Shown piece by piece: positions 31,984-34,832 of a stretch of 34,832 nt of DNA. A model generated the notes under the pieces. The model did not search any database, had not been told where the DNA came from, and worked only from the letters and a program-made list of their open reading frames with translations. The stretch is from Nitrospirota bacterium (lineage in GTDB: Bacteria; Nitrospirota; UBA9217): NCBI GenBank assembly GCA_037916085.1, contig JBAIYC010000081.1, forward strand, positions 1 to 34,832, read 5' to 3'. The position numbers and the translations under genes were made by a program. Each line of letters starts with the position of its first letter. Within the stretch, counting starts at the first letter, position 1.

Positions 31984-32655
31984 ATGACGAAAAAGTCTGC
32001 ATTCTGGATCTTTTTTCTCGGGACGGTTTCATCGGCCATCCTGTTCCTTGGGCTGACCTATGACTCACTTGTGCAGATGCCGAAGAGGACACACGAGGAA
32101 GGCCTGAGCGCACAGGTTGCATCCGGCAAATGGGTCTGGCAGAAATACAACTGTAACGACTGCCATACCATACTGGGGATCGGAGGGTACTATGCGCCCG
32201 ATCTCACAAAGGTAATGGGCTATCGGGACCAGGAATGGGCGGCCCGGTTCTTGAAGGATCCCGCTAGCGTGTGGCCTGCAAACCGGAAGATGCCGACCCT
32301 CCATCTGAAGGACCAAGAGATTGCCGATGTCATCGCCTTCCTGGCCTGGGTCAACACCATCGATACGAACAACTGGCCGCCGAAGCCGCTGGTGGCTTCT
32401 GCCGCGGCTTCCTCCAAGCCGGGAGAAGCGTTATTCAAGTCCAATGGATGCACGGCTTGCCATACCATCGGCGGAATCGGCGGGACGGTCGGTCCCGACC
32501 TGACGACGGTCGGCAGGAGGCGCGACAAGGAATGGATCGAGGCTCAGATCAAGGACCCGAAGTCGCACAATCCAGGATCCATCATGCCGTCGTTCGCGCG
32601 CCTGCCGCAAAAGGACATTGACGACCTCGCCGATTATCTGAGCGGGCTTCGATAA
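31984..32655 (+). CDS. norC: Nitric-oxide reductase subunit C fused to an extra C-terminal class-I cytochrome c domain
   Basis: A TM anchor is followed by the NorC block GKWVWQKYNCNDCHTILGIGGYYAPDL. After about aa 140 comes a second domain, GEALFKSNGCTACHTIGGIGGTVGPDL...IMPSF...DLADYL. Confidence 0.85.
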   Translation: MTKKSAFWIFFLGTVSSAILFLGLTYDSLVQMPKRTHEEGLSAQVASGKWVWQKYNCNDCHTILGIGGYYAPDLTKVMGYRDQEWAARFLKDPASVWPANRKMPTLHLKDQEIADVIAFLAWVNTIDTNNWPPKPLVASAAASSKPGEALFKSNGCTACHTIGGIGGTVGPDLTTVGRRRDKEWIEAQIKDPKSHNPGSIMPSFARLPQKDIDDLADYLSGLR

Positions 32656-32665
32656 GGAGGATGAG

Positions 32666-33991
32666 ATGAAATACGAATCGCAAAAGATCGCTCTCAATTA
32701 CTTCATTATTGCCGTAGCTCTATTCGGCCTTCAGATCGTCTTCGGGCTCCTGACCGGCGCCAAATATGTCTGGGACGCAGATCCGCTCATCAATATCCTG
32801 CCGTTCAATACCTCACGCGCCATTCATATCAACCTGCTCGTTGTCTGGTTGCTCTTCGGTTTCATGGGAGGGACCTATTATCTTGTGCCGGAAGAGGCCC
32901 AGACCGAACTGTACAGCGTAAAGCTTGCGAATTTCCAGCTTGTGCTGTTCGCGCTCATTGGCGTTGCGGCAATTGTCGGCTACCTCTTCGGCTGGACCTG
33001 GGGCATGCCGTTTCTGGAGCAGCCGACGATATTGAAGGTCGGCATCGTCATTGTTGCTCTGATGTTTCTGTTTAACATTTTCATGACGATGATGAAGACG
33101 AAGAAGTGGACCGTGATCCAGGGGGTGTTGCTCGGCGGGCTCGTCCTTCTCGCGGGCATGTTTCTTTTCGGTATCGTCTTTTTGAAGAACCTCGCGACAC
33201 AGTACTACTGGTGGTGGTGGGTTATCCATCTCTGGGTCGAGGGGGCCTGGGAACTCGTCACCGGCGCTATCATGGCGTTCATTCTCATGAAGCTCACCGG
33301 CGTTGAGCGAGAGCAGGTGGAAAAATGGCTCTATGTCGAGGTCGGTCTTGTTCTGTTCACCGGCATTGTGGGCACCGGCCATCACTATTACTGGATCGGG
33401 ACGCCCGGCTACTGGCTCTGGTGGGGCGGAATTTTCAGCGCTCTGGAGCCGCTCCCCATCCTCTTCATGGTTATCGACACAATGCGGGTCGTTCGCGAAA
33501 GAAAGATCGATATTCCGAACCGCATTGCCATGAACTGGGCCGTAGGGTGTGCGATCATGCATTTCTTCGGGGCGGGCGTCTGGGGCTTTGCTCACACGCT
33601 GCCGCAGATCAACGCCTGGACCCATGGGACCCAGATAACAGCGTCGCACGGCCATTTTGCATTTTTCGGCGCATACGCTATGCTGAACCTTACGATGATG
33701 TACTTTGCCATGCCGCAGCTCAAGGGAGTCAAGGCGTTTGACCAGGGGCTCGGGAGGAAGGCTTTCTGGTTCATGAACTTCTTCATGATCCTGATCGCGC
33801 TCGCGCTTGCCATCGCCGGCGTAGTGCAGGTCTATTTTCAGCGTGTTCTCGGCATGGATTACCTCACCACACAGAGCTTCATGAAGCTGTGGTATGCCGT
33901 GTTCTGGACATCAGCGTGGGGTTTTGCGGCCGGGCTCGTGATGTTCCTCGTTGATTTTTTCAAACTTGCTTCTGCGAGACAGACGCAGTGA
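32666..33991 (+). CDS. norB: Nitric-oxide reductase subunit B (cNOR-type heme-copper oxidase superfamily)
   Basis: MKYESQKIALNYF..., RAIHINLLVVWLLFGFMGGTYYLVPEE, YWWWWVIHLWVEGAWE, GTGHHYYWIG and ITASHGHFAFFGAY are present. All six His ligands and the cNOR glutamates are visible. Confidence 0.92.
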   Translation: MKYESQKIALNYFIIAVALFGLQIVFGLLTGAKYVWDADPLINILPFNTSRAIHINLLVVWLLFGFMGGTYYLVPEEAQTELYSVKLANFQLVLFALIGVAAIVGYLFGWTWGMPFLEQPTILKVGIVIVALMFLFNIFMTMMKTKKWTVIQGVLLGGLVLLAGMFLFGIVFLKNLATQYYWWWWVIHLWVEGAWELVTGAIMAFILMKLTGVEREQVEKWLYVEVGLVLFTGIVGTGHHYYWIGTPGYWLWWGGIFSALEPLPILFMVIDTMRVVRERKIDIPNRIAMNWAVGCAIMHFFGAGVWGFAHTLPQINAWTHGTQITASHGHFAFFGAYAMLNLTMMYFAMPQLKGVKAFDQGLGRKAFWFMNFFMILIALALAIAGVVQVYFQRVLGMDYLTTQSFMKLWYAVFWTSAWGFAAGLVMFLVDFFKLASARQTQ

Positions 33992-34009
33992 GTCGCCGGG
34001 GGCGCAACG

Positions 34010-34195
34010 ATGAAACGACCGGTCGTGGACCAGGATCTCTGCATCGGCTGCGGTCACTGTGCCGAGGTCTGTCCGCAGGTGTTCGAAATCGAAGAGGAGA
34101 AGTCACAGGTCATCGGACCGAGCAGGTGCGATACCTGCAACTGCCAGGAAGCGATTGACACCTGTCCGGTGCAGGCGATCAGCTGGGGTGAATAG
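34010..34195 (+). CDS. Small single-cluster ferredoxin
   Basis: 61 aa with CIGCGHCAEVCP ... DTCP (Cx2Cx2C...CP). Confidence 0.8.
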   Translation: MKRPVVDQDLCIGCGHCAEVCPQVFEIEEEKSQVIGPSRCDTCNCQEAIDTCPVQAISWGE

Positions 34196-34351
34196 ATCAA
34201 GAACGGGGGGATGGTCGTCGATCCTGTCTCAGACCGCAGCCAGATCGACCGACGCGGGATTCAGGGGCTGTATCGTTACGCATCAGGTCAGGCATCTTCC
34301 GGAAGAGTTCTCGTGAGGGGGCCGAGGCCATGTTCGAGAAGGAGGGCTGCG

Positions 34352-34582
34352 ATGGCAAATGTAAAGGTGACGCTCGACAGGGATCAGTGCACCAGCTGCG
34401 AATCATGCTGGACGATCTGCCCGGAGGTCTTTGAACAGAATTCCATGGACAACTGGAGCCAGGTCGTTGCGAAATATCAGGTAGGAGGCGATCCGTCTAT
34501 CGGCCAGTTTCCGGATGCCCTGCGGGACAAGGTGCAGGAGGCCGCGGATTCCTGCCCGGTTGCGATCATCCATGTCGGATGA
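34352..34582 (+). CDS. Small single-cluster ferredoxin (second copy)
   Basis: ATG 34352 is preceded by GAAGGAGGG. 76 aa with CTSCESCWTICP ... DSCP. Confidence 0.75.
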   Translation: MANVKVTLDRDQCTSCESCWTICPEVFEQNSMDNWSQVVAKYQVGGDPSIGQFPDALRDKVQEAADSCPVAIIHVG

Positions 34583-34747
34583 TTCGCAGGCTCGCAGCGG
34601 TGAAGTAGATTTAACGACGTCTGCCCGATACGTGAGGCCCGCGGGTGAAGGCTACTTCGCCCAAGAGGGGGAGTAGCGGCAGCTGGGTTTGGGGAACAGC
34701 CACAGCCGAGGACGGCAAGAGATTTCCTCGGAAGAAATGGCGACGCA

Positions 34748-34759
34748 TCGCGATCGCGA
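34748..34759. repeat. 12-bp perfect palindrome upstream of a promoter
   Basis: TCGCGATCGCGA at 34748-34759, 19 nt upstream of the TTGACA at 34778. Confidence 0.5.
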
Positions 34760-34777
34760 GTCACGGGACCGCTTTCG

Positions 34778-34806
34778 TTGACAAGCTGCACCCCCTATGA
34801 TACATT
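34778..34806 (+). promoter_or_regulatory. Candidate sigma-70 promoter for a gene starting at the window edge
   Basis: TTGACA (34778-34783), 17 nt spacer, TACATT (34801-34806). GAGGTG and ATG 34825 follow, and only 8 nt of that ORF are in the window. Confidence 0.45.
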
Positions 34807-34832
34807 CAAACCCGAGGTGCCTTGATGCGTTC

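Noticed and set aside
639-34759. HIP1-like GCGATCGC palindromes (around 641, 24003, 29664 and 34750)
   Set aside because: There are about four copies against roughly one expected from base composition. Three are inside coding sequence. This enrichment is too weak to call a repeat family.
34583-34777. tRNA, tmRNA, SRP RNA, RNase P or cobalamin riboswitch in the terminal non-coding region
   Set aside because: None of the conserved boxes I can recall is present (GGTTCGAATCC-type T-loop, SRP GGAA/AGCA motifs, RNase P GAGGAAAGUCC, B12 box). It is kept only as a low-interest structured-region note.
1-34832. Mobile elements, CRISPR arrays, and defence or prophage genes
   Set aside because: I found no transposase, integrase or recombinase-like translation and no terminal inverted repeats flanking a block. 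I found no regularly spaced direct repeats and no abrupt compositional shift, apart from the short AT-rich divergent promoter region at 15269-15422.

Overview
A 34.8 kb GC-rich (about 60% by eye) bacterial chromosomal segment, densely coding, with about 36 supportable CDS, mostly on the + strand. I see no rRNA, tRNA, CRISPR array, transposase, integrase or phage genes. Gene order: a membrane-protein 3' fragment; a SulP/STAS anion permease; a six-gene module like group-4 hydrogenase/complex I (2500-10231); a DUF2147-like secreted protein; a degenerate stand-alone HEPN protein; a TIGR01212-type radical SAM; a PHP phosphoesterase; a TPR membrane protein; an MltD-like lytic transglycosylase (-); QueE; an NFACT/RqcH-like protein; a stand-alone cNMP-binding protein overlapping a Ppx/GppA phosphatase; an NtrC-type sigma-54 response regulator coupled to a 75-aa membrane-anchored diheme cytochrome; an alpha/beta hydrolase; three tandem triheme c7-like cytochromes (-); a divergent operon of a PDO-like double-thioredoxin protein, an AmmeMemoRadiSam-type radical SAM, archease and RtcB; a YbhGFSR-like HlyD/ABC/ABC-2 exporter with a split ATPase; norCB with an extended NorC; and two small ferredoxins. 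The most interesting item is the hydrogenase-like module. Its 'large subunit' has lost three of the four [NiFe]-ligating cysteines, while the NuoB-like subunit keeps its [4Fe-4S] ligands. No NuoI/HycF-like ferredoxin subunit or maturation genes are present. This fits the bioinformatically defined but, to my knowledge, biochemically uncharacterised Ehr (energy-converting hydrogenase-related) class. Secondary points are unusually long motif-bearing spacers inside that operon, a radical SAM-archease-RtcB linkage, apparent leaderless promoters with fixed geometry, and several unusual domain fusions. All family assignments come from reading motifs in the translations, since no database search was possible.
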